Part shown: positions 1-11,638 of the stretch, in pieces | How positions within the stretch are numbered: the first letter of the stretch is position 1 | Layout: each line of letters begins with the position of its first letter | Assembly: GCA_964019335.1 (NCBI GenBank) | Contig: OZ025666.1 | Span: 248,001-312,000, forward strand | DNA length: 64,000 bases | Direction: 5' to 3' | Source of the DNA: Diplonema japonicum | Taxonomy: Eukaryota; Protista; Euglenozoa: Diplonemea | Notes under the pieces: generated by a model | Seen by the model: the letters and a program-made list of their open reading frames with translations, nothing else | The model's database searches: none | Told to the model about the DNA's origin: nothing | Translations under genes and position numbers: made by a program

Positions 1-285
1 GTTTCCGACGAATCATCAATGGTTTGATCCTTCCCAGCACGACGCTCGACGCGGCTTGTGAGGGGTGATAAAAAAAAGCGGGGGGGGGGGGGGGGGGGGA
101 AGGATATTACGATGCGTCATGTCACTTTAAGAAAAGAAAAGGGAGGGAAAAAAAAAAGAGATGAGACAAACAAAAAGCCGTAAGTAATTAAAAAAAAAAT
201 TTTTTTTTTCATTCAAGACGAATCTTCCAACGAAACAATAAAAAGGAGGGGTGGGAGGAAAAAAAAAAAAAAAAAAAAAAAAAAA

Positions 286-744
286 GGTTTCTTAAATCTC
301 GACCCCTAGGTTTTAAAATGCTTGAATTCGGTCCCCTTAGTTTCATAAATGCTCAAAGTAGACCCCCTTGGTTTTCAAAATGTTCAAATCCGGACCCCTT
401 AGTTTCGGGTTAGTTTTGGGTTTGCGGAAATACACAACCTGGGCCCCCTAGGTTTCTTCATTTGTGAAACTAAGGGGAGGTTTTTTGAGCATTTTGAAAA
501 CTAAGGGGTTGACTGTTTGAGCGATTTCCCGCCGTAGGGGCCTAGTTAGGGCATTTGAAAACCTGAGGGGGCGGACTTTGAACACTTTGGAAACTTAGGG
601 GGCGGGATTTGAGCGTTTTGAAGACTTAGGGGGTGGACTTTGAGCATTTCGGAAACCTAGGGGGTGGACTTTGAGCATTTTGGAAACTTAGGGGTCGGAA
701 TTTAAGCATTTCGAAAACTTAGGGGTCAAGTTAGGACTCTACCC
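286..744. mobile_element. Foldback/Mutator-like non-autonomous element built from ~31-bp subrepeats in two inverted arms
   Basis: Left arm has 4-5 units like AAT-CGGACCCCTTAGTTT--AAAATGCTCA. Right arm has ~9 reverse-complement units like GAAACTTAGGGGTCGGAATTTGAGCATTTT. Starts GG, ends CCC, flanked on both sides by A-runs (possible A-run TSD). Superfamily assignment is inference. Confidence 0.6.
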
Positions 745-755
745 AAAAAAAAAAA

Positions 756-1835
756 ATGACAGCGCCCCTCTCAGGGATCAAGGTGGTGGAGATGGCAGGG
801 CTTGCCCCGGGGCCTTTTGCGGGAATGGTATTGTGTGATTTCGGTGCGGAGGTGGTTCGTGTCGACAGGGCAGGGGGCAGCGGTATGTCAGCGGACCCAT
901 TGTGCAGAGGGAAGAAATCAGTGGCACTCGACCTCAAGTCCGAAGACGGAATTCGAAAAGTGAAACAACTAGTAACCCACGCCGATGTACTAATCGAACC
1001 CTTCCGCCCAGGCGTCATGGAACGTCTGGGACTAGGCCCAGACATCCTATGTGAACTAAACCCCCGTTTAATCTACGCAAGGATGACAGGGTTCGGACAA
1101 GGCGGCGACAATTCTGTAGAACTAGCTGCGGGCCACGACATAAACTACCTAGCACTGTCCGGCGTCTTATCCACTCTTAAAGTAGATGGAAAACCGGTTC
1201 CTCCTGTAAACGTTTTGGGTGATTTTGCAGGAGGCGGCATGATGTGCGCATTTGGAATTCTCATGGCACTCCTCGAGCGAGAAAAATCAAACAGGGGTCA
1301 GGTAGTGGACACTGCTATGGTCGACGGTGCTGCATACCTTTCAACATTCGTTTTGAAAATGTATGAGTTAAACGGGTGGAAGATACAAACCGCCGGAAAG
1401 CATCTTTTAGATGGCGGTGCGCCTTTTTACGGAACGTACGAATGCAAGTGCGGAGGGTGGTTTTCCGTTGGAGCGTTGGAACCTCAATTTTATAAATTGT
1501 TTATCGCAAAGTTGGGGGTCAAACCCGCAACAGGGCAGTTTAACGCAAAGGGCTACCCCGCCATGAAACAGCTGTTCACGGAAACATTCCTCACCAAAAC
1601 CCGCGATGAGTGGACCACAGTGTTTCATGGTGTAGATGCGTGTGCTTTCCCTGTCCTCACGCCTCAGGAAGCTGCCAAGGAACCGCACAACGTGAAACGG
1701 GGGACATTCATGGGTAAGAAATCAATTCCCGACCCCGCACCGGCACCCAAGCTGTCCCGCACTCCCGGCATCAACAGCATCAGACCTATGCCAAAAATAG
1801 GCCAGCACACAGACGAGATATTTTCGAAATTGTAG
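756..1835 (+). CDS. AMACR: Alpha-methylacyl-CoA racemase (CaiB/BaiF CoA-transferase III family), peroxisomal/glycosomal
   Basis: PLSGIKVVEMAGLAPGPF, RGKKSVALDLK, GHDINY and DFAGG motifs; C-terminal PTS1 -SKL. Confidence 0.92.
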   Translation: MTAPLSGIKVVEMAGLAPGPFAGMVLCDFGAEVVRVDRAGGSGMSADPLCRGKKSVALDLKSEDGIRKVKQLVTHADVLIEPFRPGVMERLGLGPDILCELNPRLIYARMTGFGQGGDNSVELAAGHDINYLALSGVLSTLKVDGKPVPPVNVLGDFAGGGMMCAFGILMALLEREKSNRGQVVDTAMVDGAAYLSTFVLKMYELNGWKIQTAGKHLLDGGAPFYGTYECKCGGWFSVGALEPQFYKLFIAKLGVKPATGQFNAKGYPAMKQLFTETFLTKTRDEWTTVFHGVDACAFPVLTPQEAAKEPHNVKRGTFMGKKSIPDPAPAPKLSRTPGINSIRPMPKIGQHTDEIFSKL

Positions 1836-2052
1836 CACCTTAAAAAAAAAAAAAAGAGAAAAACTCCTCATATATCGATTCCCTCTTTTTTTTAAAAATA
1901 CCCCCCCCCACTTTAAAAAATGTCAGACAACCATATTTGATACTTTAATTCTTTTTTTTTAAAAAAACCCCATTGACTCTTTCCCCCCCCCCCTCCTTTT
2001 TTCCTAATAACCGAAACAGGGCGGAAGAAACGGAGGGAGGGAGGGAGGGAGA

Positions 2053-4659
2053 ATGGCCCAATCAGTTGTAATGGCTTGGGTGAAGGTAAGGGCAGCAGAA
2101 GACCTAGTTGGGGTCGCCAAGGACAACACAAGCAGCGTGCAAGTTCGAGTGAGTGTAGGTGAGACCGTGGTGTTTCAAACAAGTGTGAAGGAGAACAACG
2201 TCAACCCAATCTTCGAGGAAGAAGGCGAAGAAAGCCTAAGCCTATCCACGAAGGAAGCCCGAAAGATACACGTAACAGTGCATCACATACAAAGCGGCGA
2301 GGAAATATTCTTAGGGTACGTTGGCCTACCGTTGTTGGACAACCTTGAGAGGGATCCAAGGACACGTCCGTTAAAGCTCGGCCCACGGCCGCAAAACTAC
2401 GAACGAGACATGCGGCTCAACGAAAACGGGTTGGGCTTTGGAACGGTGGCTGTAGGCTGGAGGTTCACCGTGTCAAACGCCTCTCATGAAACCTATGAAG
2501 GGGCCTCCGATGCTTCAGATGACGGAGAGGTTGATCATTCATCAACAAGCGAGGCTGAAGATGATAAAGACGGTGACATTCCCGAAGTCACCAAGACCCC
2601 ATCCTTCGTAGGCATCCAGATCCTTACGGACCGCCAGGCTGTCTTTGATGACCCGTCCAAACTCCCTTTGAAATGGCTAATCCCGACCCTTCCTTGCACA
2701 CTCGTCATCACCATTGATGACATGCGTGCCGAGGTAGCCCTCGAGCAGGTGTCCCATGGTGCTGCCGTAGCGAACATACCCCTCACGCTGCTTAAGATGA
2801 CCTGCGTCACAGAGATCTACTCTGTCAACATCTCCATCATCCCGAATGTTAAGGAAGGCCTTCCTGTGTGGCGTATCCCCTCTCTACCTAGCATCCTTGG
2901 TATCGATATTGATAAGATGCGAATTGAGGTTGCGGTGGGGCACCTCACGGACCTACGATCCTTGGAGTTCAACCCTGTGTCGGACGATCTTCTTATGGAG
3001 CTCAACGAAGACCAAGAGGTTGAGACGCTCCCTGGGATGTTGAAGAGGCACCCCCCACCACCCCCACCTCCCGCGCCGCTTCCTGAAGCGGAAAACGTTG
3101 TGCTTCAAGATGTTGACGAAGAGTCGCAGCCCGAACAGGAAAAAGCACAGGAAGAACAAGAACCGAAGAGCACGCCACGACAAGAACTGCAGCCGACCGG
3201 CGAAGCACTAGAAACATTGAAGGAGATGAACGCGCCGGCTGATGGTGACAACAAATGGCTTGTTGCACCTTATGAGTACCACTTCCCCGGACAAGCACCT
3301 GTTCAATACGATGACGACGGCAACCCTGTGGTGGTGCGGTACCTGGTGCGCCCGCCGAACAACATGGACTACAGCAGCCCTCTGTACACGAACATCCTCG
3401 GCGGGCAAAAGGGCACACGTGCTTACACAAAACCACGAGTCTACGACAAGCAAGACGCAGTCGTGGAGACGGACCTCACAATGGGCGACATAGACATGCT
3501 GCAGAGCTACGAACAGAGCTTCTCTGACGAAGAGTCATATGAATATGAGGAGGAGCCTGAGGAAGAGCAAGCTGCGACGGAACGATCAACATCCAATCAG
3601 ATGTCTTCGTTCAGATCCTTCAGATCGTTCAAGTCGAGATCCAGCGGCAAGTCGAGCAGCATGCGGAGGGCAGCAAAGAACATAGTGAAGCACGGGGCCA
3701 TACTGCAATGCCCGAGCGAGCGTTGCGGCAAGAACAACATTGTGGAGTTCCTCAACGGGAAAGGGGACTACGTGAAAAACGTGAAGTACTGCGGCTCATG
3801 CGGGTGCCACTTGCACACCGCCACCCCTGACGGCGCAATGGAGGAAATGCACAATCTACGCTTAGAACTGGAGGCGTATAAACAAGAAATGCTGAGGATG
3901 GAGAACCAATTATTTGTATTGAGCAAGACGCACAGTCACGTGAAAACACCATCTGGTGTGAAATCATGGTCGGAGGCTGCAACGCAACAGATGAGAAGCC
4001 TCTCAGGGAGGCAAGTGGGAACGGCAAAAATAGAGCAAGCAAAGGCAAGGCGTCGGAAGGAAAAGGCAGACAGGAAGAAAACAGAGCGTGAGCTGCAAGC
4101 GTACTCAGCACAGATGAACAGGATGCGGCTGAAAATGTACGGCGACAAGGAAAACCTATTCGCGGCTGCTGAGAATGGCGCGACCGAAGTCTTTCAACGA
4201 TTGAGAAAGGTGGACAGAGGGCTCACCGGTATGCACATGTGTATCGACACACAAGGGCGTACACCACTGCACATTGCCGCACTTCATGGACACGTGAATA
4301 TCCTAATAGAGACACTTCGCGAAGACCCCTTGGCACGCGTTGAGGACACTGTGTCTGGTGGAAGTCTCGATGATGATGAAATAATGCTGTGCTTCCCCAC
4401 CACGTTGGGGCGGTCAAGTATGTTGCACTGCGCTGTGACGTCCGGCAAGATCGCGTGTGTGGAGTACCTTCTGACTCGTTTTGCGTTCAACCCCAAGCTC
4501 CCCCAGCTCATCTCGCTCAAAACTAAAGTTGGCCACACCGCCCTTGAGTTGAGTAATTTGCACCAGTTCAACCACATCTCCGCCTACCTTGAGACACACC
4601 TCCGCAACACCGACAAGAAGAGGAAGGTGCTGAAGCTGACCGGAAACATGAGTCCTTAA
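2053..4659 (+). CDS. C2-domain and ankyrin-repeat protein with coiled coil and CxxxxC/CxxC zinc-ribbon-like segment
   Basis: N-terminal VKVRAAEDL...QTSVKENNVNPIFEE (C2-like); C-terminal GRTPLHIAALHGH, SMLHCAVTSG, GHTALEL ankyrin repeats; 868-aa uninterrupted ORF. Confidence 0.75.
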   Translation: MAQSVVMAWVKVRAAEDLVGVAKDNTSSVQVRVSVGETVVFQTSVKENNVNPIFEEEGEESLSLSTKEARKIHVTVHHIQSGEEIFLGYVGLPLLDNLERDPRTRPLKLGPRPQNYERDMRLNENGLGFGTVAVGWRFTVSNASHETYEGASDASDDGEVDHSSTSEAEDDKDGDIPEVTKTPSFVGIQILTDRQAVFDDPSKLPLKWLIPTLPCTLVITIDDMRAEVALEQVSHGAAVANIPLTLLKMTCVTEIYSVNISIIPNVKEGLPVWRIPSLPSILGIDIDKMRIEVAVGHLTDLRSLEFNPVSDDLLMELNEDQEVETLPGMLKRHPPPPPPPAPLPEAENVVLQDVDEESQPEQEKAQEEQEPKSTPRQELQPTGEALETLKEMNAPADGDNKWLVAPYEYHFPGQAPVQYDDDGNPVVVRYLVRPPNNMDYSSPLYTNILGGQKGTRAYTKPRVYDKQDAVVETDLTMGDIDMLQSYEQSFSDEESYEYEEEPEEEQAATERSTSNQMSSFRSFRSFKSRSSGKSSSMRRAAKNIVKHGAILQCPSERCGKNNIVEFLNGKGDYVKNVKYCGSCGCHLHTATPDGAMEEMHNLRLELEAYKQEMLRMENQLFVLSKTHSHVKTPSGVKSWSEAATQQMRSLSGRQVGTAKIEQAKARRRKEKADRKKTERELQAYSAQMNRMRLKMYGDKENLFAAAENGATEVFQRLRKVDRGLTGMHMCIDTQGRTPLHIAALHGHVNILIETLREDPLARVEDTVSGGSLDDDEIMLCFPTTLGRSSMLHCAVTSGKIACVEYLLTRFAFNPKLPQLISLKTKVGHTALELSNLHQFNHISAYLETHLRNTDKKRKVLKLTGNMSP

Positions 4660-5023
4660 AAAAATTTTTCTTTTTTTACTGTTATTATTTTTCTTCTCTC
4701 CTTTATATTGTCCCGATACGGTTTTTGTTCTGTTGTTTACCTCTCCCCCCCCCCGCCTTGAGAAGGGCGCTGAAAAAAAAAAAAGAGGGGGAAAAAAAAG
4801 GGAAAAAAAAAAAAAAAACGGAGAAGTGGGGAGCAGGCTTATCTTTCTTACAAAAAGTACAACTTTACCACCCTAAGAAATATGGGGTGTTATGCTCTGT
4901 GTGTGTACCTTTAAAAAAAAAAAACCCCCCCAGGAGGGTTATACTCCTTTATGTTGTACCCATCTCATTATCACTACCACAAAAAGGAGAGGGGGGGAGG
5001 GGGAAAAAAAAAAGGGGGGGGAA

Positions 5024-6193
5024 ATGGCTATTGCAGGGGGGGTGGATTGGGTACCACCGCAGTATTTAAGAGCGCTAAGGCCGTTGATGCCGGGCGATGT
5101 GGAATTCAGAATGATGGAATATCAGTTGAAGCTTGCTCTGCGGTCGGCCACCGCGAGGATCCTGTCTGTGCATGCTTTGCACGATCCCGACGAAAATATA
5201 AAATTCGAGCGATCCCACATTGGGAGCGTGGTGCTGGACTCATGGGTGTACTCCCCGGCACTTCCTGAGGACAACAGTGTTGCACAAATAGCGACACACG
5301 GCGGCCGTTTCAGAATAGGCGATCCTTCCAAAGGCGCGTTGTTCAGCAGCGGCGGGATCCGATTGCACAGCGATGAGTCAGGCGATGAATACACCCAAAG
5401 AAACCGACCTCCTGGCGCCATGCAGCTCGAGTTCCTTCACCTCCGCCTCTGCACAGGACAGTCCTTCTTAATGGAACGCGAGCAGATAGGGAAGCACCCG
5501 GTCCCCGAGGGATATCACTCCATTAAGGTTCACCGTGACTCTACAGACCCACATGATTTCTACCATGAGTATATCATCAATGATGAATCGAGGGTGTGGC
5601 CTGATTTTGTTGTGAATTGTGTGTATGATCCTGAAGAGGACCGGCGGGGTTTGGCTGGCCTACAGAACAAGGTGGCGAACTGGCGGATACACTGTTATCA
5701 AGATATGTTTGGCCAGCTGGGCGACGAACTAGAAATGCAGAAACGACAAGTAGAGGAACGCAAGAGAACAATAACAGCTCAACTGTCTGATATCGACAAC
5801 AAAATGAATGCTGTGACGCAAAACCACGCACACGCTCAGGACAGAATCTACGCTGTTGTTCAAGCTGCAGTTCAGATGTTGCATGACCGCACCCAAGCGA
5901 AGTTGAATTTACTGCAATCTGACGATGTAGAACTTCGCAGGCAGCTCAACTACTTTGAATGGTCCGATAATTTCCTTTCCTACCAAAAGACGCTTCTGGA
6001 GAGGGGCCTCCTCGACCCTGTTGAATTCCTTCAGAACGCCACGCAGCACAAGCAGACAATCGAGGAAGCGCCGTGTGAGATTGCCGATGCGTACCACAGC
6101 GTGTCCGCGGACCTGAAGGTTGTCGGCAACCTCACCATCCTGGTCGACGACAAGGCGGTTCCCGGAAGCAACTACTACGAGCATATCGGTTGA
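5024..6193 (+). CDS. Hypothetical protein: PARP/ADP-ribosyltransferase-like fold followed by coiled coil
   Basis: ATG at 5024 follows a purine run. LRLCTGQSF and HEYIINDESRVWPDFVV resemble the PARP catalytic C-terminal strands (LCRVxxG ... EYVVYDxxQVYPEY). C-terminal heptad region. Confidence 0.55.
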   Translation: MAIAGGVDWVPPQYLRALRPLMPGDVEFRMMEYQLKLALRSATARILSVHALHDPDENIKFERSHIGSVVLDSWVYSPALPEDNSVAQIATHGGRFRIGDPSKGALFSSGGIRLHSDESGDEYTQRNRPPGAMQLEFLHLRLCTGQSFLMEREQIGKHPVPEGYHSIKVHRDSTDPHDFYHEYIINDESRVWPDFVVNCVYDPEEDRRGLAGLQNKVANWRIHCYQDMFGQLGDELEMQKRQVEERKRTITAQLSDIDNKMNAVTQNHAHAQDRIYAVVQAAVQMLHDRTQAKLNLLQSDDVELRRQLNYFEWSDNFLSYQKTLLERGLLDPVEFLQNATQHKQTIEEAPCEIADAYHSVSADLKVVGNLTILVDDKAVPGSNYYEHIG

Positions 6194-6583
6194 GAAAATA
6201 GAAGCGCTGTATGGAAGATAGATCTATATATATTTTTTTTTATTGTCCCCTACCCCATTTCCATAGATTTTTAGATGATTTTTTTTTTGTTTTTTCTTCC
6301 ATACTCTCCCCCTTTTTTTAAAAAAAAAATGGAAATGATAGAGAAAAAAAAAAGAAAAGAAAAGAAAAGAAGAAGAAAAAAAAAACTGTGGGCTTTTTTG
6401 TTGTTGGTATTGCCCATTCTCCCCTCATCGTTTTTTTTTCCCCCCCGTTTTCTTTTTTTTTTTGTTAAGAAATTCCTATTTGCTAACGGAGAGGGAAGAT
6501 GGCAACAAAAAAAAAAAAAAAAAAGGAGTGCGCAAACCCGAGCGGGGGGGAGCGTGAGTGGGCAACAAAAAAAAAAAAAAAAA

Positions 6584-9034
6584 ATGTCAGAAAATGGGAT
6601 GCCAAACATACCGCAGTCGAGGGTGTCAATCGACCCACCCACGTATACTCCTGGCGCGACAGGGGAGGTAGAGATGGACGTCGGTGTCGGGATGAAAAAA
6701 TACAAGTGGCTATTCGACGGAAAGGATTTCTCGTGGGAGTGTTGGGACACAGACAGATGGTACAAAATGCTAGGGAAGAAGGTCTTTTTGAACGTGTTGA
6801 AACAGATGCGAGAGGAGGACCGATCCTGGGGCGAGGCGACCATCCCCAAAGGGGACAAAGTCGCTGCCCACAACGTCAAAGTCTGGCGGAGGAAAGCATC
6901 CCACAAAGAAGCACGAATCGACGAGGTCAAAGTAGAAGCAGACTACCACGGCCAAAGCCCTTCTGAATTATACAACCTCCTCCATGAACACGCCTTCAGA
7001 GCAACATGGGACACATACATGAAAAAAGGTTTCAACATCGCAAGATTCTCCCTAAACAACGACATAGGCTACTACGAAGCAGCCTTGCCCTTCCTCTCAG
7101 GTCGGGATTTTGTGAACCAACGAGGGTGGGTAGAAATGGGCAAGGAACACTACATGATAGCGAACTACTCGACACCCCACGCCTCGATGCCTCCCGGCAA
7201 AGCAATCAGAGGCAGATCTTTCATCACCGCGTACTATATCCGACCCTGCCACACAGACCCAACAGGAAGCACGATTACATATCTCACTTGTTCTGACCCC
7301 AGTGGGTGGATACCCGCAATGGCTTTGAACAAGGTAACCACCGTTCAAGGCCCTGGCATGATGGTGGGCTTGGCCGTCAACGCGAAAAAACTCCCCGAAT
7401 GGCTGGAAAAAAGCTACAAGGAATACGTGGCGAACGGGAAGGTTGCACTAAAAGGCCCGTGGGACAACACCTTTTCAAAGCCGAATATGTTCCACCCGAG
7501 AGACCCTGCAGTGCCTGGCGACTACCGTGTAAGCGTTACTCCATTGGACTTGGAGAAGAAACAGGTTGAAGAGCTGAACCGTGAACAGGATAAGAGCATC
7601 AAACAACTGATGCAGGAGGCGAGCGAAGAATGGGCTAAAATAATGTCAGAGATGAACGGGAAGACCGGGTCGGTCAGACGGAGCGCGAGCTTTAAAAAGG
7701 GAACGTTTAACGAGGTGAAGGAGGTCTTTGAGCCCAACACACAAAACGCCGCGGGGAGCCCCAGAAAAAAAAAGTCGGCCGATGTGTCAAAACGTCTTGA
7801 AGACGTGGAAGCAGCAGTGAAACGGTGCGAGGTGGAGAACACCTGCCTCAAGGAGCGTCTGGCGGTGTTTTCTCGAACCCCGGGTGCCGACCCTTTTACG
7901 AGACAACCCTCCGATGAGCCGACTGTCTGCGCGGACTTCCGATCGAAAATAGCGGAAATTACCACCACCGTGGCCATAGAGCTCGAAGAAACAGGCAAGG
8001 CAGAACAGATCACAGTTGAAGAGTACCTCACCTCTGTTTTAAACAAACTAGAAGTTACCTATCCCCTTCCAGAGGAGGACCGACCCCGGTGCCCCATAGG
8101 CGTGGCCATGGAGGGCCCCGTGCAGGGTACCGTGTCTTATGACGAGCTGTGGAAGCTGATTGAATACGTTGAAAAACCGGATTCGATGGATGCACAGATT
8201 GTGGTATTTCACGGCGGGAAAAAAAAAAAAAAAAAAAAAAAAAAACAGCGTTTTGCCTTGCTGTTGTTGTTGTTCAGCACAGTTGTGAACCTTGTCGTGG
8301 CTGTGCATCATCTTAGGGAGAATTATTGGGAGATGGGTATGTGGAGAAGAAAAAAAAAATTTTTTTTTTAAAAAAAAAAGGTCTCATGACCCTTGTAGTC
8401 GTCACGCTTGGCGACTGGTGTTTATGGTGGAGCTGCCGAGACGTCCACTACAAGGACAGGCCGTTCAGTACGGGTGGGCAGGCCGCGCCCTTGCTGTGGC
8501 CAATGCGGCTGCAGCTTATTCCATTGATCCCCGCAATGGCAACTATGTTGCTGCTAAGGATCCCAAAGGAGATGACAGACGAAGAGAGCACCCCCACCCA
8601 CGCCAACATTATGTATAGGTTTTCATTCTTTTATACGTTCATGAGGATGTTGCTGCATAACGCACCGGTGGTATGTATTTTTTTTTTTTTTTTTTTTTTT
8701 CCAAAAAAAAAAATAGATGTATCTCTTCGGGGTGGCTCAGCATCGTTCCAACTCTCGGGGGAAAGACGCTGATCACGTCTCAGGGCGTCCTGTACTTGGT
8801 GATGATTTCTGGATGATTGTTATTGTAGCCAACGTAACCTTTGCAGCTTGGGTTCTCTTATGGGCTTTCCGTGTTTTTTTCTCCACCCCCTCTCCTACTG
8901 AACGGAGGCACAACATATGCGGGCTTCCAAGGTTCCAGAGAGGGTACACTACAGGGTTTGGCACGTTTCTTGTACTTTGCATTATGGGTGCGGTTAGTAT
9001 CCTGCTGTTCCTCGACGATACCTACTCTCCTTGA
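6584..9034 (+). CDS. START (PCTP/STARD10-like) lipid-transfer domain protein with C-terminal multi-pass membrane region; 4 exons
   Basis: RATWD, RDFV, SDPSGWIP START motifs. GT-AG introns 8204-8248, 8337-8380 and 8671-8716 join the ORF-track fragments in frame into hydrophobic TM segments; stop at 9034. Confidence 0.75.
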
Positions 9035-9714
9035 GGTAAACTAAATATTGGGGAAAGAGGATGAGATTGATGAAAAATAGACTGCATTTTCCCCCCCCCC
9101 CCATTTTGTAAAGATTATCGTTTGCCCCATTTTTTTCTTTGCCCCCCTCCCCCTGAATATTTGTGTAGTATCCCCTTATGTCCCTTTTTCATTTTCGTTT
9201 CTGTTTCTCCCCCTCAAAATATAACACCCCCGAGAAAAAAGAGATCGGCAAAGGGAAGAAAGCGGGGGGGGGGGGGGGGGGACAATGACAAAAAAAGGAA
9301 ATTTTGAAGGGTAAACAAAAAAAAAGGAAAAGGATGGGGGGAGGGAAAGGGGATGGAGAGGGTGAGAAATCCTTTCCCATTCGATTTTCCCCCCCCCAGT
9401 TTTTTTTTTTCTTTTTTGTTTGTTTTGCTTTGCTCTTTTTTTTGTTTTTGTTCCCTCTTTTTCCGTTTTTGTTTTACCCACCCCACCCCACCCCACTTCC
9501 CCTTTATACCCTCCTTTTTTTTTGTCAATCCCCTTTTTTTTGTCCACTCTTTTTCTCCCACCAAGAACAGAAAGAAAAAAAAAAAAAGAAATACAACAAG
9601 AAAAAAGATGTTATTGGTATCTGTGATCTTTTTTTTGAAATATGTTACTTCACCTCTATTTCTTTCTCAAAGGTGAGGGGGGGGGGGGGGGGGGGAAAGG
9701 TAGGTGCGTAAAAT

Positions 9715-10101
9715 ATGCAGCAGGAGACACGCAGTAATGATGTACAGCAAGAACAGGCTCTAAGTGATGAGGCCCTGTACAAGATAATGCGAGAGGGGGA
9801 AGTACAAGCGTACCATCACATTATAAGGGCGCTCGTGATGAGAAATGGCCCTAGTATGGTGGGGATTTCGGAGAGTATGTTGCAGGATGTGCGGAGTCTA
9901 CTCAACATTCCCGAAGAACGGCATGCGTGTGAACTGCGTGCAGCTCTCCTGTCACCAGATGTTCTTGCTGCCGTTTCTGTGCCTCCTTCACGGAAACGTG
10001 TATTAGAGCAGACGTGTGATTGGTCCTTCACGAGTGCTTGTGACAGTGACTCGACCGAAGACGACAGCAATCCTCCCATAAAACGAGTACGCGGGAGGTA
10101 G
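9715..10101 (+). CDS. EMSY N-terminal (ENT) domain protein
   Basis: EVQAYHHIIRAL...LQDVRSLLNIPEERHACELRAA matches the ENT pattern (ELEAY..VI.AL...L.EL...L.IS.ERH.AE.RRA); basic NLS-like tail. Confidence 0.7.
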   Translation: MQQETRSNDVQQEQALSDEALYKIMREGEVQAYHHIIRALVMRNGPSMVGISESMLQDVRSLLNIPEERHACELRAALLSPDVLAAVSVPPSRKRVLEQTCDWSFTSACDSDSTEDDSNPPIKRVRGR

Positions 10102-10195
10102 CAGGGAAGCCTTGTTTTCTCTTCTTTTTTCCCCCCCTTTTTTCTTCGTTTCTCCTTTAAAACACTCCCATCCAGATTTCATATAGCAAAAAAAA

Positions 10196-10759
10196 ATGGT
10201 TCGCAAGTACCGTGAGTTCGGCAAGGTCTACAAGAACCCCCGTCGTCCGTTCGAGAAGGAGAGGTTGGACAAGGAGCTGAAGCTTGTTGGTGAGTACGGT
10301 CTCAGGTGCAAGCGTGAGGTTTGGAGGGTTGCCCTTACCCTTGCCAAGATGAGGAAGTGTGCCCGTACCCTTCTGACCCTTGACGCCGACTCTGAGCGTC
10401 GTGTCCTCGAGGGTGGTGCCCTTCTCAGGAGGTGCCTCAGGTACGGTCTCCTTGACCAGGAGCACATGAAGCTCGACTACGTGCTTGGTCTGACCCTTCA
10501 GGACTTCTTGGAGCGCCGTCTCCAGACCCTTGTGTTCAAGCACGGTCTTGCCAAGTCCATCCACCACGCCCGTGTGATGATCCGTCAGCGTCACATCTGC
10601 GTTGGCAAGCAGATGGTCACTGTCCCCTCTTTCTGGGTCAGGACCGACAGCGAGAAGCACATTGACCTCGCCCCCACCTCTTCCCTTGGTGCTGGTGGCC
10701 CCGGCCGTGTGAAGCGTTCCAGGAAGACTAGCGGTGGTGGTGGTGGTGACGAGGAATAG
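10196..10759 (+). CDS. RPS9: 40S ribosomal protein S9 (uS4), copy 1
   Basis: [47 protein letters not shown]. Confidence 0.97.
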   Translation: MVRKYREFGKVYKNPRRPFEKERLDKELKLVGEYGLRCKREVWRVALTLAKMRKCARTLLTLDADSERRVLEGGALLRRCLRYGLLDQEHMKLDYVLGLTLQDFLERRLQTLVFKHGLAKSIHHARVMIRQRHICVGKQMVTVPSFWVRTDSEKHIDLAPTSSLGAGGPGRVKRSRKTSGGGGGDEE

Positions 10760-10960
10760 AAACGTAAGCGACATCAAACCCAGTGTTATTGCGGAGGCAT
10801 CATATCATCCTGTGTAGTGCAGGTGTGGCTCGTATTGCAGTTTTCTTTTTTATATACCTTTACCGAGTTGAGCATTCTGTTTTTCTTTCGTTGGTCTTCA
10901 GTGCTAGCATGTGTCTTTCCGGTCAGTCCCACCCAAATTTACAGTTTTACTACAAGAAAA

Positions 10961-11524
10961 ATGGTTCGCAAGTACCGTGAGTTCGGCAAGGTCTACAAGA
11001 ACCCCCGTCGTCCGTTCGAGAAGGAGAGGTTGGACAAGGAGCTGAAGCTTGTTGGTGAGTACGGTCTCAGGTGCAAGCGTGAGGTTTGGAGGGTTGCCCT
11101 TACCCTTGCCAAGATGAGGAAGTGTGCCCGTACCCTTCTGACCCTTGACGCCGACTCTGAGCGTCGTGTCCTCGAGGGTGGTGCCCTTCTCAGGAGGTGC
11201 CTCAGGTACGGTCTCCTTGACCAGGAGCACATGAAGCTTGACTACGTGCTTGGTCTGACCCTTCAGGACTTCTTGGAGCGCCGTCTCCAGACCCTTGTGT
11301 TCAAGCACGGTCTTGCCAAGTCCATCCACCACGCCCGTGTGATGATCCGTCAGCGTCACATCTGCGTTGGCAAGCAGATGGTCACCGTCCCCTCTTTCTG
11401 GGTCAGGACTGACAGCGAGAAGCACATTGACCTCGCCCCCACCTCTTCCCTTGGTGCTGGTGGCCCCGGCCGTGTGAAGCGTTCCAGGAAGACCAGCGGC
11501 GGTGGTGGTGGTGACGAGGAATAG
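10961..11524 (+). CDS. RPS9: 40S ribosomal protein S9 (uS4), copy 2
   Basis: Same 187-aa protein as copy 1. Confidence 0.97.
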   Translation: MVRKYREFGKVYKNPRRPFEKERLDKELKLVGEYGLRCKREVWRVALTLAKMRKCARTLLTLDADSERRVLEGGALLRRCLRYGLLDQEHMKLDYVLGLTLQDFLERRLQTLVFKHGLAKSIHHARVMIRQRHICVGKQMVTVPSFWVRTDSEKHIDLAPTSSLGAGGPGRVKRSRKTSGGGGGDEE

Positions 11525-11638
11525 GAAAAAAAAAGATATTTAGTGTTTTTCAAAAAAAAAAAGGAAACTCTTATCATTGAATGGCTAACTGCACACTACA
11601 CTGCACAACATCCCAGGTCTCATAAGTGTCCTTTAAAA

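Noticed and set aside
466-735. TTAGGG-like motifs as telomeric repeats
   Set aside because: They are part of 31-bp subrepeats of an inverted element, not hexamer tandem arrays.
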